Source: Chitinophagaceae bacterium
Lineage (GTDB): Bacteria; Bacteroidota; Bacteroidia; Chitinophagales; Chitinophagaceae
Assembly: GCA_025451655.1 (NCBI GenBank)
Contig: JANWKA010000138.1
Coordinates: forward strand, 1 to 48,028
Reading direction: 5' to 3'
Length of the DNA stretch: 48,028 nucleotides
A program made the translations under genes and the position numbers. The notes under the pieces are model-generated. The model did not search any database and was not told where the DNA came from. It worked only from the letters and a program-made list of their open reading frames with translations. This document shows positions 1 to 8,518 of this stretch, piece after piece. Each line of letters opens with the position of its first letter. Positions within the stretch are counted from its first letter, which is position 1.

Positions 1-1
1 G

Positions 2-85
2 TGCCCAGGACTGGATTCGAACCAGCACACCGTTACCGGCGCTGCGACCTGAACACAGTGCGTCTACCAATTTCGCCACCTGGGC
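2..85 (-). tRNA. tRNA-Leu (anticodon CAG), class II with long variable arm
   Basis: The reverse complement of 2..85 is GCCCAGGTGGCGAAATTGGTAGACGCACTGTGTTCAGGTCGCAGCGCCGGTAACGGTGTGCTGGTTCGAATCCAGTCCTGGGCA. Acceptor stem is GCCCAGG/CCTGGGC and the D stem has 3 bp. Anticodon stem is CTGTG/CGCAG with loop TTCAGGT (CAG). Variable arm is CGCCG-GTAA-CGGTG and the T-loop is GGTTCGAATCC. The window edge falls just after the discriminator base. Confidence 0.85.
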
Positions 86-132
86 ATTCAGGGATTTTGA
101 GGAAGGCAAATGTAAAGATTATTCCGGTTCCC

Positions 133-945
133 CTACACGGGTACATTGAATTCCCTCAGGGCCTCATTCAGGGAAGTTTTCAGGTCGGTTGAAGCCTTCC
201 GGGTCCCGATGATCAGGGCACAGGCCACCTGGTATTCCCCGGCTGGAAATTTTTTGGGGAAGGTTCCGGGGATCACCACGCTTCGGGGCGGAATCCGTCC
301 TTTGTATTCCCGGGGTTCGGGATGGCTGACATCGATGATCCGGGTGGATTTGGTGAGTACTACATTGGCTCCCAGGACTGCTTCCTTTTCCACAATCACC
401 CCTTCCACCACGATCGCCCGGGACCCGATGAAGCAATTATCCTCAATGATCACCGGGCTGGCCTGGAGCGGCTCCAGGACGCCCCCGATCCCGACCCCGC
501 CGCTCAGGTGAACCTGGGACCCGATCTGGGCGCAGGATCCTACCGTCGCCCAGGTGTCCACCATCGTGCCTTCCCCGATATAGGCCCCGATGTTCACGTA
601 GGAAGGCATCAGGATCGAGTTTTTACCGATAAAGGAACCATAACGGGCCACGGCATGGGGAACGACCCGGACCCCCTTTTCTGCATATCCCGTTTTCAAT
701 TTCATCTTGTCATGAAATTCGAATGGAGGAAGCTCAATCGTCTCGGACTTTCTGATCCCGAAATATAAAAGGATGCCTTTTTTAACCCATTCGTTGACTG
801 TCCAGCCAGACTTTCCCGGAGAGGCAGTCCTCAGTTCTCCACGGTCCAGCCCTTCCATAAGCTGTTCCACGGCCTGGCTATATTGAGTTTGGCGGAGCAA
901 ATCCCGGTTTTCCCAGGCCTTCTCTATCTGCTCCCTGATTTCCAT
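133..945 (-). CDS. dapD: 2,3,4,5-tetrahydropyridine-2,6-dicarboxylate N-succinyltransferase
   Basis: Lies in ORF 133..1314(-). It has the hexapeptide-repeat beta-helix run SYVNIGAYIGEGTMVDTWATVGSCAQIGSQVHLSGGVGIGGVLEP and the N-terminus MEIREQIEKAWENRDLL typical of DapD. Start is trimmed to the internal Met (270 aa). The upstream 123 codons overlap the divergent gene and look like GC-driven read-through. Confidence 0.88.
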   Translation of the reverse strand: MEIREQIEKAWENRDLLRQTQYSQAVEQLMEGLDRGELRTASPGKSGWTVNEWVKKGILLYFGIRKSETIELPPFEFHDKMKLKTGYAEKGVRVVPHAVARYGSFIGKNSILMPSYVNIGAYIGEGTMVDTWATVGSCAQIGSQVHLSGGVGIGGVLEPLQASPVIIEDNCFIGSRAIVVEGVIVEKEAVLGANVVLTKSTRIIDVSHPEPREYKGRIPPRSVVIPGTFPKKFPAGEYQVACALIIGTRKASTDLKTSLNEALREFNVPV

Positions 946-1018
946 TCCGGTAATGCGATTTATGCAAACATAATTCATTCCCCGATTTTCTCCGGATGGG
1001 GAATCCGGGTCCGGGGCG

Positions 1019-1026
1019 TACTTTTG
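1019..1026 (+). promoter_or_regulatory. Candidate Bacteroidota -7 promoter box (TACTTTTG)
   Basis: Exact match to the TAnnTTTG consensus, ending 16 nt upstream of the glycosyltransferase ATG at 1042. Confidence 0.4.
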
Positions 1027-1041
1027 AGCCATTCCCAGGGG

Positions 1042-2187
1042 ATGAAAATAGGATTTGACGCAAAAAGGGCATACCATAACGGAACCGGTCTGGGGCATTA
1101 CAGCCGCAACCTGATCCGGGCTGTTTCCACCTATTTTCCGGAGCATGAATATTTTCTGTTCACTCCCTCCGTTACGGGCCGGTTTGACCTTCAGGGTAAA
1201 AGGCAGCTCCATCCGGAAACACCCGGCTCCTTTTTCGGAAAAAAGCTTCCGGGCCTCTGGAGGTCCCGGTGGATCCTCCGGGATCTGGAGCGAAGCCGTA
1301 TCGACCTCTACCATGGCTTAAGCCATGAAATCCCCCTGGGGATCGGGCGAGCCGGAGTTAAATCCGTGGTCACCATCCACGACCTGATCCATGAACGGTT
1401 CCCGGCACTTTATTCCCGGGCGGATGTCCTGATCTACCGGAAAAAATTCCGTCACGCCTGCGCCCATGCAGACCGGATCATCGCTGTGAGCCAGCAAACC
1501 ATGCGGGATATCCGGGACTTTTACGGGGTGTCTCCTGAAAAAGTGGAGGTGGTATACCAATCAGCCCACCCGCGGTTTGAGGAGTCTTGCTCTCCGGAGG
1601 CCACTGAAAAGGTCCGGGAGAAGTATCAGCTTCCCTCCCGGTACCTTTTATATGTGGGCAGTATCATTCCCCGCAAGAACCTTCTGGGCCTTTGCCGGGC
1701 CCTGCACCGCCTGGATGGAAGCCTTGATATTCCCCTGGCCGTGATCGGCCGGGGAAAGGATTACCGCAGGCAAGTGGAGGATTACCTTATCGCCAATCAG
1801 ATGAAGGAACGGGTAATTTGGCTGAGCCAGGCGGATGGACCGGGGCTGGAAGATTTTCCTGCCCTCTACCAGGGCGCCCTGGCACTGGTCTACCCCTCCC
1901 TATTCGAAGGCTTCGGGATTCCGATCCTGGAAGCCCTCTGGAGCGGGCTTCCCGTGATCACTTCCACAGGATCCTGTTTTTCGGAAACTGCGGGTGAAGC
2001 TGCACTTTATGTAGAACCCGGAAGGGATCAGGATCTGGCCGAAGCCATCTGGCAGGTCTGCTCAGATGAGGGGCTCCGGACCCGGATGAAGGAGGAGGGC
2101 CTCAGGCAGGCCCTGAAATTCAGCCCCGCAACCGCAGCAAAACGCCTGATGCAGGTTTACCAGGGCCTGGTTCACCCCGAAAAATAA
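1042..2187 (+). CDS. Glycosyltransferase, GT-B fold (family 4-like)
   Basis: Lies in ORF 883..2187. Start is trimmed to MKIGFDAKRAYHNGTGLG. The C-terminal motif YPSLFEGFGIPILEALWSGLPVITS is typical of the Glycos_transf_1 domain. Confidence 0.85.
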   Translation: MKIGFDAKRAYHNGTGLGHYSRNLIRAVSTYFPEHEYFLFTPSVTGRFDLQGKRQLHPETPGSFFGKKLPGLWRSRWILRDLERSRIDLYHGLSHEIPLGIGRAGVKSVVTIHDLIHERFPALYSRADVLIYRKKFRHACAHADRIIAVSQQTMRDIRDFYGVSPEKVEVVYQSAHPRFEESCSPEATEKVREKYQLPSRYLLYVGSIIPRKNLLGLCRALHRLDGSLDIPLAVIGRGKDYRRQVEDYLIANQMKERVIWLSQADGPGLEDFPALYQGALALVYPSLFEGFGIPILEALWSGLPVITSTGSCFSETAGEAALYVEPGRDQDLAEAIWQVCSDEGLRTRMKEEGLRQALKFSPATAAKRLMQVYQGLVHPEK

Positions 2188-2195
2188 TAGGACCC

Positions 2196-2768
2196 ATGGA
2201 TTCCTTTGAAAAAGATCTTGCAGAGTGCCTGAAGGTGCTGGAAAAGGGAGGACTCATCCTTTATCCTACCGATACCATTTGGGGGATTGGATGTGATGCG
2301 ACCAATCGAAGGGCGGTGTCAAGGATTTTTGACCTGAAAGGAAGGGAGCCGGGAAAGAGCCTCATCATCCTGGTGGAAGATTTCAGTCAGATTGAAAAAT
2401 ATGTGCTTGAAGTGCCTCCCCATGTAAAGGATTATGTGCTGAAGGCCACCCGGCCCTTGACTGTAATTTATAATGGAGCCCGGAACCTTCCTCCAAAGCT
2501 GGTTGCCCAGGATGGTTCCATTGCCATCCGCCTGGTCCGGGATCCTTTTTGCCAGGCCCTGGTCCTGGGACTCGGTAAACCCATTGTTTCCACATCGGCC
2601 AATCCCAGCGGCAAATCCACTCCTTCGGATTTTTCCGAAATCCGCCCGGAAATCGTCCGGGGGGTCGATTACCGGGTCCATTACCGCAGGGGACGGACCG
2701 GAGGGGCCATGCCCTCGACCCTGGTGCGTTTCGACCCGGCCGGGAACCTGCAGGTCATCCGGCCCTGA
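2196..2768 (+). CDS. tsaC: L-threonylcarbamoyladenylate synthase (YrdC/TsaC family)
   Basis: 190 aa. Carries the YrdC-domain motifs LYPTDTIWGIGCDATN and IVSTSANPSG. Confidence 0.85.
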   Translation: MDSFEKDLAECLKVLEKGGLILYPTDTIWGIGCDATNRRAVSRIFDLKGREPGKSLIILVEDFSQIEKYVLEVPPHVKDYVLKATRPLTVIYNGARNLPPKLVAQDGSIAIRLVRDPFCQALVLGLGKPIVSTSANPSGKSTPSDFSEIRPEIVRGVDYRVHYRRGRTGGAMPSTLVRFDPAGNLQVIRP

Positions 2769-2796
2769 CCGCACCGGTCTGCTGCAAAAATTCAGT

Positions 2797-2804
2797 TAAT
2801 TTTG
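2797..2804 (+). promoter_or_regulatory. Candidate -7 promoter box (TAATTTTG)
   Basis: TAnnTTTG match ending 18 nt upstream of the ATG at 2822. Confidence 0.4.
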
Positions 2805-2821
2805 CGCCTAATTCAATTTCC

Positions 2822-4246
2822 ATGTCCCTGATTTTCACAGAGAAGGAACAAGAATTGCTCCGGCTCATCGCCGGGGTAGCCGAAGGTCTGAACCAACCTG
2901 CTTTCCTGGTCGGAGGATTCGTGCGGGACCGGCTGCTTGGAAGGGCCAGCAAGGATATGGATATCGTTTGCCAGGGGGACGGGATCCTGCTGGCTGAAAA
3001 AGTGGCGGAAAGGCTGGGGCCCGGTAATGACCCGGTGATCTTTCGCAATTTCGGGACGGCCCAGGTCAGGACCCCGGGGCTGGACATTGAGTTTGTGGGA
3101 GCCCGCAAGGAAAGCTACAATCCTGACTCCCGCAAACCCAGTGTGATCACCGGCACCCTGGAGGAGGATATGGACCGCAGGGATTTCACGATCAACACCC
3201 TGGCAGTGGACCTGGGCAAGGATTCACATTTCACCATCCTGGACCGTTTCGGCGGATTGAAGGACCTGGACGCCGGTTTGATCCGGACCCCTCTGGCACC
3301 CCAGCAGGCCTTCCAGGATGATCCCCTTCGGATGATGCGTGCCGCAAGGTTCGCGGCCCAGTTGCATTTCAGGATCCACGAGAATGCCCTGAAAGCCATG
3401 GAGCAGGAACGGGAGCGGATCCGGATCGTATCCCAGGAACGGATCACTGATGAGCTCAACCGGATCATTGCGAGCCCGAAGCCATCGGTTGGCCTGGATA
3501 TCCTGTTTCGGACCGGCCTCCTCCAGATCATTTTCCCCCAGATGACCGACCTGGCCGGGGTGGAGTTGATGGAAGGGAAGGGCCATAAGGATAATTTTTA
3601 CCATACCCTCCAGGTGCTGGACAACATCAGCCTGCATACCGACAACCTCTGGCTTCGCTGGGCGGCGGTGCTTCACGATATCGCCAAGCCGGTCACAAAG
3701 AAATTCGAGCCGGGGCATGGCTGGACCTTCCACGGTCATGACGCAGTAGGGGGAAAAATGGTCCCCAGGATCTTCGCCAGGCTCAAACTCCCCCAGCACG
3801 AACCCATGCGGTTTGTGCGCCGGTTGGTGGAACTCCACCTGCGGCCCATCAGCCTTTCCAGGGAGGACATCACCGATTCGGCGATGCGCAGGCTTCTTTT
3901 CGATGCGGGTGATGAAATTGACGCGCTGATGACACTTTGTGAAGCCGACATTACCTCCAAGAACGAGATGAAAGTCCGCCGATACCGGCAAAATTTCGAC
4001 CTGGTCCGCAAAAGGCTGGCGGAGGTGGAGGAAAAAGACCGGATCCGCAACTGGCAGCCCCCGGTTTCCGGGGAACTGATTATGGAAACCTTTGGAATTC
4101 CGCCTGGAAAACAGGTGGGGGATCTGAAAAATGCCATCCGGGAAGCCATACTGGACGGGCAGATCGGGAATAATTTTGAGGAAGCATTCGCATTCATGGT
4201 CCGCAAAGCCCGGGAATTTGAGCTGCATCCGGTAAATCAGGCATGA
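2822..4246 (+). CDS. cca: tRNA nucleotidyltransferase (CCA-adding)/poly(A) polymerase family protein with C-terminal HD domain
   Basis: Has the pol-beta head motifs GGFVRDRLLGRASKDMDIV and RRDFTINTLA. An HD region (WAAVLHDIAKP, HGHD) follows. 474 aa. Confidence 0.75.
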   Translation: MSLIFTEKEQELLRLIAGVAEGLNQPAFLVGGFVRDRLLGRASKDMDIVCQGDGILLAEKVAERLGPGNDPVIFRNFGTAQVRTPGLDIEFVGARKESYNPDSRKPSVITGTLEEDMDRRDFTINTLAVDLGKDSHFTILDRFGGLKDLDAGLIRTPLAPQQAFQDDPLRMMRAARFAAQLHFRIHENALKAMEQERERIRIVSQERITDELNRIIASPKPSVGLDILFRTGLLQIIFPQMTDLAGVELMEGKGHKDNFYHTLQVLDNISLHTDNLWLRWAAVLHDIAKPVTKKFEPGHGWTFHGHDAVGGKMVPRIFARLKLPQHEPMRFVRRLVELHLRPISLSREDITDSAMRRLLFDAGDEIDALMTLCEADITSKNEMKVRRYRQNFDLVRKRLAEVEEKDRIRNWQPPVSGELIMETFGIPPGKQVGDLKNAIREAILDGQIGNNFEEAFAFMVRKAREFELHPVNQA

Positions 4247-4388
4247 GAGTTGGATGAGGGAGGGTCGGACGTTTTGCCCCATTGCAATGCATCCCCGGAA
4301 AATGCAGTTCAAAAAAACTTATTTATTTTGCTCTTAATATCCAATTGCATATCATTACATTTCCCCTTTTTTCCTTTAAAATTTAAAT

Positions 4389-4976
4389 ATGCCGGTTTTC
4401 AGGTTCAGGATTTACTGGGAAGAGGACGATACCATTTACAGGGATGTGGTCATTACCGGGGACCAGAGTTTCCGGCAATTCCATGAGGCCATCCTGACCG
4501 CTTTCGAATTCGATAAAAAACACCAATCCGCATTTTACAAAAGCAATGATCACTGGCAGAAGGGCAGGGCGATCCTGCTGGAACCGGATGATGAATTCCG
4601 GGAGAAACCTCCCCTTTTCATGGAAGAGACTACCATTGCCTCCCTCGTGACCAAGCCCAATCAGAAATTCGTTTACATCTATGATTTCGCAAAGAACTGG
4701 ACTTTCCAGGTGGAACTGATCGGTCTGTCCCGGGAAATTAATCAGAAGCTTCAGTATCCCGCCTGCATCCGCAGGGAAGGCCTGCCTCCGGCACAATACG
4801 GTACCCGCGGACTGGTCAATGAAAAACTGGTGGAAATCGAAGAAAAATACGACCTGGCCAGTGACAACCTGGGAGAGGAAGGTTTTGGGGAGGAAGGGGA
4901 GGAAGCAGAGGAGGGTCAGGAGGAAGAAAAGGAATCCCCAGGGGAAGACCCCAGCCAGGACCAGGAATTGATCTGA
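4389..4976 (+). CDS. pRiA4b ORF-3-like (MM3350-like) family protein with acidic C-terminal tail
   Basis: N-terminus is FRFRIYW...FRQFHEAILTAFEFD. The core KFVYIYDFAKNWTFQVELIG resembles the YxYDFGDxWxH signature of that family. The last ~45 aa are poly-acidic (EEGFGEEGEEAEEGQEEEKE). Confidence 0.6.
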   Translation: MPVFRFRIYWEEDDTIYRDVVITGDQSFRQFHEAILTAFEFDKKHQSAFYKSNDHWQKGRAILLEPDDEFREKPPLFMEETTIASLVTKPNQKFVYIYDFAKNWTFQVELIGLSREINQKLQYPACIRREGLPPAQYGTRGLVNEKLVEIEEKYDLASDNLGEEGFGEEGEEAEEGQEEEKESPGEDPSQDQELI

Positions 4977-4980
4977 TTCC

Positions 4981-5883
4981 ATGCCACCCAAACTGGTCAT
5001 CCTTTCCGGGCCCACCGCGGTAGGGAAAACCGCATTATCGGCTTCCGTCGCCCGCCTGCTTCAGACCCGGATCATTTCAGCCGATTCCCGCCAGTGTTAC
5101 CGGGAGCTCCGGATCGGTACGGCAAAACCGCCCCGGTCCCTTCTGGAAGAAATCCCGCACTATTTCATCAATTCCCATTCCATCCTCCACCCGGTCAACG
5201 CTGCGGATTTTGAATTCCTTTCCCTGGGCTATGCCCGTGACATTTTCCGCTATCGGCCCGCGGGCGTCGTTTGCGGAGGGACCGGCCTGTATATCAAAGC
5301 CCTTTGCGAAGGGTTCGATGCAATACCCGCGGTGGATCCGGCGCTTAAGGAAAAAGTCGAGGGGGATTACCGGAGCCTGGGCCTGGGCTGGCTCCAGCAG
5401 GAGGTCCGCACCAGGGACCCGGAATTTTTCGCTTCCTCCGACATTCAAAATCCCAGAAGACTACTCCGGGCACTTGAAGTGAGTCTTTCCACCGGCAGGC
5501 CCTATAGCGCCTTCAGGACAGGGAAAAAGGCCATCAGGCCTTTCTCCATGCTCCGGATCGCTTTGACCCTTCCCCCCGGGGAGCTTCGAAGCCGGATTTA
5601 CGGACGGGTCGACGCCATGATGGGCCAGGGTTTGAGGGAGGAATGCGAAAGCCTGTTGCCTTTCCGGGATCAGCTGCCCCTGAAAACCCTGGGTTACCGG
5701 GAAATCTTTGCCAGCCTGGAGGGGACCTGCACCCTGGAGGAGGCCGTGGACCGGATCAAGATCAATACCTGGCAATATGCGCGCAGGCAGATGACCTGGT
5801 TGCGGAACCAGCAGGACTGGATCTGGATGGACCCCCGGGAGGAGGAAAAATGCCTCCGGGTCGTCCGGGAATTCACGGAATGA
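4981..5883 (+). CDS. miaA: tRNA dimethylallyltransferase
   Basis: P-loop LVILSGPTAVGKTALS, then SADSRQCYRELRIGTAKP and the YARRQMTWLRN motif. 300 aa. Confidence 0.92.
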   Translation: MPPKLVILSGPTAVGKTALSASVARLLQTRIISADSRQCYRELRIGTAKPPRSLLEEIPHYFINSHSILHPVNAADFEFLSLGYARDIFRYRPAGVVCGGTGLYIKALCEGFDAIPAVDPALKEKVEGDYRSLGLGWLQQEVRTRDPEFFASSDIQNPRRLLRALEVSLSTGRPYSAFRTGKKAIRPFSMLRIALTLPPGELRSRIYGRVDAMMGQGLREECESLLPFRDQLPLKTLGYREIFASLEGTCTLEEAVDRIKINTWQYARRQMTWLRNQQDWIWMDPREEEKCLRVVREFTE

Positions 5884-5892
5884 CTCCGGGAT

Positions 5893-7416
5893 TCAGAACT
5901 TGAATCCGACGGTCATGAGCATGTTGTTCGCCCCCGTGGTGATCCGGGCCGGAGCCGGGGAATTCTGGGCCACCAGGTAGGGCTGGTCGATATTATAGAG
6001 GTTACCGTAAACATAGGTCAGGTCTGCGAACATGCCGTGGTTGCGGTAACCGATGCCCCCGCTGTAAAGCATCCTGGAGCCATCCACCGAAACGTCCCGG
6101 TAGGGGCTGCCGTAGTAGGCAAATCCGGCCCGAATGGCCAGCACATCGAATTTAAGCTCGGCTCCGACCCGGAAGTTGGAGGCTGCCTTGTACAGGTTCT
6201 GGATGGACGTGTTGAGGGCGTCGGACTGGGCAGCATCGGTGCCACTGAAATGGAAGGCAGCGTCCGCATAATTTACATACTCATAATCGGCCGTGATGAA
6301 TCCGTGCTGGGCTTTCACATCCTCAGAACTCCCGAATACATAGGTCGCGCTCGCCACGGCCCTCCAGGGGGTGGTCAGGCTGTAGGAATATTGGCCAGGG
6401 TAACCGCCCTGTATATCTTCGGTGGTGTTGGTCAGGGTCCCCTGGTCCTTGGTCACCGTGGTCATGGAGGTCGAATAGGTGTCGTTCATGGAATAAATAG
6501 TAGGGGTATGGAAGGCCAGCCCGAGGCGGAAAGCGTCATTCACCTTGTAGATGAGGCCCAGTTTTCCGTTGATGCCGATCCCGTCGGTGGAAAGAAAATT
6601 GCTAACCGAATAATAATTCAGGGGAGAGCTCTTATCGTTCAGGTTGGTTTCCTGGAAGGTCTGGGTGCTGTTGTATTTAATCGTTGGAATGTTCAGGCTC
6701 CCGCCGATATAAAAACGGTCGTTATAATTTCCGGCAATGCCCAGGGAAAGTTCATTCAAACCGCCGGAGCTGGAAATGGAATTTTCCTGTTTGATCCCGG
6801 AGCTCACCGGAACAATGCTTTCCCAATTTCCGGTCGGATGGTTGGTGCTGTCCACCTGGGGACCGATCAGGCCGGTATTGATGGCTTCGCTGGGACCGTA
6901 GGGATAATTCTGCTCCGCCCCCGTCACATCGGTCTGGCCCTGGAGTTGCTCCAGATAATTATCCGCGTAGGAAGTCTGGCTGTTGGTACCGGTGTAATAA
7001 ATATTCCCGTTAAAATTGGCAAGCCGGTTGACGGAAATTCCAAACGTAATGTTCTTCCATCCGGCCTGGTCTGCCCCTGTCGGGTTGGAAGCAAAAATGA
7101 TCCCCGCATTGGCGATATAGAAATTGCTCTTGGAGGCCGAAGCGGAGGTCCCCAGATAATTGCTCTGGTTGGAAGCACTCAGAAGACCCGGGGTGAAATC
7201 GAATTCGTTGGTTTTATACAATCCGATTCCCGCTGGATTTACGGAAAGGGAGGTCACATCGCCTCCCAGGGAACCCGCGGCGCCGCCGATGGCCTGCACC
7301 CGCGCGGTTCCTCCGGTGGTCAGCTGACTGTACCGGAGCGCATCTGCCTCGGTCTGGCCCTGGGCCATTTGACAAAAAGCTGCCGCAAGAAAAAGAGTGA
7401 TGATTCTTTTATCCAT
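5893..7416 (-). CDS. Outer-membrane beta-barrel protein, FadL/TodX-like (putative hydrophobic-compound channel)
   Basis: Signal peptide MDKRIITLFLAAAFCQMAQGQ. N-terminal ALRYSQ...GGTARVQAIGGA motif. Long run of alternating beta-strand-like sequence. C-terminal aromatic end ...MTVGFKF. Confidence 0.55.
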   Translation of the reverse strand: MDKRIITLFLAAAFCQMAQGQTEADALRYSQLTTGGTARVQAIGGAAGSLGGDVTSLSVNPAGIGLYKTNEFDFTPGLLSASNQSNYLGTSASASKSNFYIANAGIIFASNPTGADQAGWKNITFGISVNRLANFNGNIYYTGTNSQTSYADNYLEQLQGQTDVTGAEQNYPYGPSEAINTGLIGPQVDSTNHPTGNWESIVPVSSGIKQENSISSSGGLNELSLGIAGNYNDRFYIGGSLNIPTIKYNSTQTFQETNLNDKSSPLNYYSVSNFLSTDGIGINGKLGLIYKVNDAFRLGLAFHTPTIYSMNDTYSTSMTTVTKDQGTLTNTTEDIQGGYPGQYSYSLTTPWRAVASATYVFGSSEDVKAQHGFITADYEYVNYADAAFHFSGTDAAQSDALNTSIQNLYKAASNFRVGAELKFDVLAIRAGFAYYGSPYRDVSVDGSRMLYSGGIGYRNHGMFADLTYVYGNLYNIDQPYLVAQNSPAPARITTGANNMLMTVGFKF

Positions 7417-7508
7417 AAATACCGAGGTTGGTGCTGTAGAATTCTTCGTTAGACAGCATTTTATCCGGGAGGGTTACCGGAACCTGTGGTCCGGGTCCTC
7501 TCCGGCGA

Positions 7509-8375
7509 TCACCGGCGACTTCCGCCGGATGAAAAATGACCTCCTCCCTCTCCGCTGCTTCCGGAAGAAAACCGCGGGGAATAAGAGGAACTCCTGTAGG
7601 AGGGAGTGTAGGACCGGTACGCGGGAGTGACGGTCCTGTTCACGGTCGGCCGGACATTCCTGCCTGCAGGCAATTCGCCTGAGGTCGGGCGGAACGTACG
7701 CCTCGGTGTGTATCCCGGATAAATGGTCCGGTTGTTCTGCGGAGCGATGACGCCCTGCGGGAAAGTCCTTACGGTTGAACCCCCTGTGATTCGGGAACCA
7801 TAAATGGTTCCTCCATACCCGGGAAGCGCAGCCCTGGAACCGGCACCATGCCGGGGACCATAGGCCGTGGAAGGAGCGGAATTATAATACAATCCATCCT
7901 TACCCCCCAGGTATCCGTATCCCCCGTAATAAGGAGAAAAATAGGGGTTGTACCCAAAATAGGGATTATAAAAACCGGAATAGAACGGGTAGCCAAAACC
8001 CAGACCGAAGGCAAGTCCCGGATATCCAAATCCGAACCCATAATCAAAACCCAAACCGGAATACATGGGGTATCCAAATCCATAAGGACTCATATAGGGA
8101 TAAGACGGATAATAGGGCATGAAATAATCCGGATATGCCGCTACCGCCGGAGGATTATAGGAATTGCCGTTATCGTTGTAGGTGATGTAATTGCTGCTGT
8201 CCGAAGCACCCTGGATGGAAGAACTGCTGTATTGCCCGCCCCCGTAACCTGAAGTAGCCTGGCTGGCCGGGGAATAATAAACATCATCCGGGGTTTGTCC
8301 GGATTCGTAGACCGTCGTGCAGCCCCCGGCAAAAAGGGTGAGCGCGATTGCGGCTAACTTTATGTTGGGTGTCAT
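7509..8375 (-). CDS. Low-complexity Gly/Tyr/Phe/Pro-rich lipoprotein, unknown function
   Basis: Lipoprotein-type signal MTPNIKLAAIALTLFAGGC. Central block PYYPSYPYMSPYGFGYPMYSGLGFDYGFGFGYPGLAFGLGFGYPFYSGFYNPYFGYNPYFSPYYGGYGYLGG. Basic Ser/Arg/Thr/Pro-rich C-terminus. Same strand as the FadL-like gene and 92 nt upstream of it. Confidence 0.65.
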   Translation of the reverse strand: MTPNIKLAAIALTLFAGGCTTVYESGQTPDDVYYSPASQATSGYGGGQYSSSSIQGASDSSNYITYNDNGNSYNPPAVAAYPDYFMPYYPSYPYMSPYGFGYPMYSGLGFDYGFGFGYPGLAFGLGFGYPFYSGFYNPYFGYNPYFSPYYGGYGYLGGKDGLYYNSAPSTAYGPRHGAGSRAALPGYGGTIYGSRITGGSTVRTFPQGVIAPQNNRTIYPGYTPRRTFRPTSGELPAGRNVRPTVNRTVTPAYRSYTPSYRSSSYSPRFSSGSSGEGGGHFSSGGSRR

Positions 8376-8412
8376 GATACGGTATTTAAAGAACTGGCAA
8401 ACATGAAATTAC

Positions 8413-8420
8413 TACTTTTG
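8413..8420 (+). promoter_or_regulatory. Candidate -7 promoter box (TACTTTTG) upstream of proS
   Basis: TAnnTTTG match about 99 nt upstream of the proS ATG. Confidence 0.3.
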
Positions 8421-8518
8421 TGCCACTTTTTAACCATAGGCTGTATACAAATATAGACTTAAAAAAAGGCCGATAGATTACCGTCCATAAATTTCTAATT
8501 TCATTCTAATTCGTGGCC

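Noticed and set aside
1-132. The tRNA-Leu at the window edge as a possible integration site for a genomic island.
   Set aside because: No integrase, direct repeat of the tRNA 3' end or foreign-looking genes follow. The neighbouring genes are core housekeeping genes.
133-2187. Long overlapping N-terminal extensions of the dapD (to 1314) and glycosyltransferase (from 883) ORFs, implying a 430-nt overlap of divergent genes.
   Set aside because: Internal Met codons give proteins of canonical length with canonical N-termini (MEIREQIEKAW..., MKIGFDAKRAY...). They leave a 96-bp divergent promoter spacer that contains a TAnnTTTG box.
3224-4312. A 362-aa antisense ORF over the CCA-enzyme gene. Similar long antisense ORFs lie at 10851..11561, 11775..12503, 13739..14440, 23461..24219, 27060..27650, 28011..28565 and 33945..34697.
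   Set aside because: Each lies opposite a gene with unambiguous family motifs. None shows recognisable motifs, signal peptides or plausible start contexts. They are GC-driven stop-codon depletion artefacts.
6037-7452. A 471-aa plus-strand ORF almost exactly antisense to the 507-aa FadL-like gene.
   Set aside because: It has no signal, motif or domain-like sequence, and its composition (Gly/Val/Ile/Arg) is the mirror of the barrel gene's codons. The barrel gene has a signal peptide and a C-terminal aromatic signature. This is a typical shadow ORF in GC-rich DNA.
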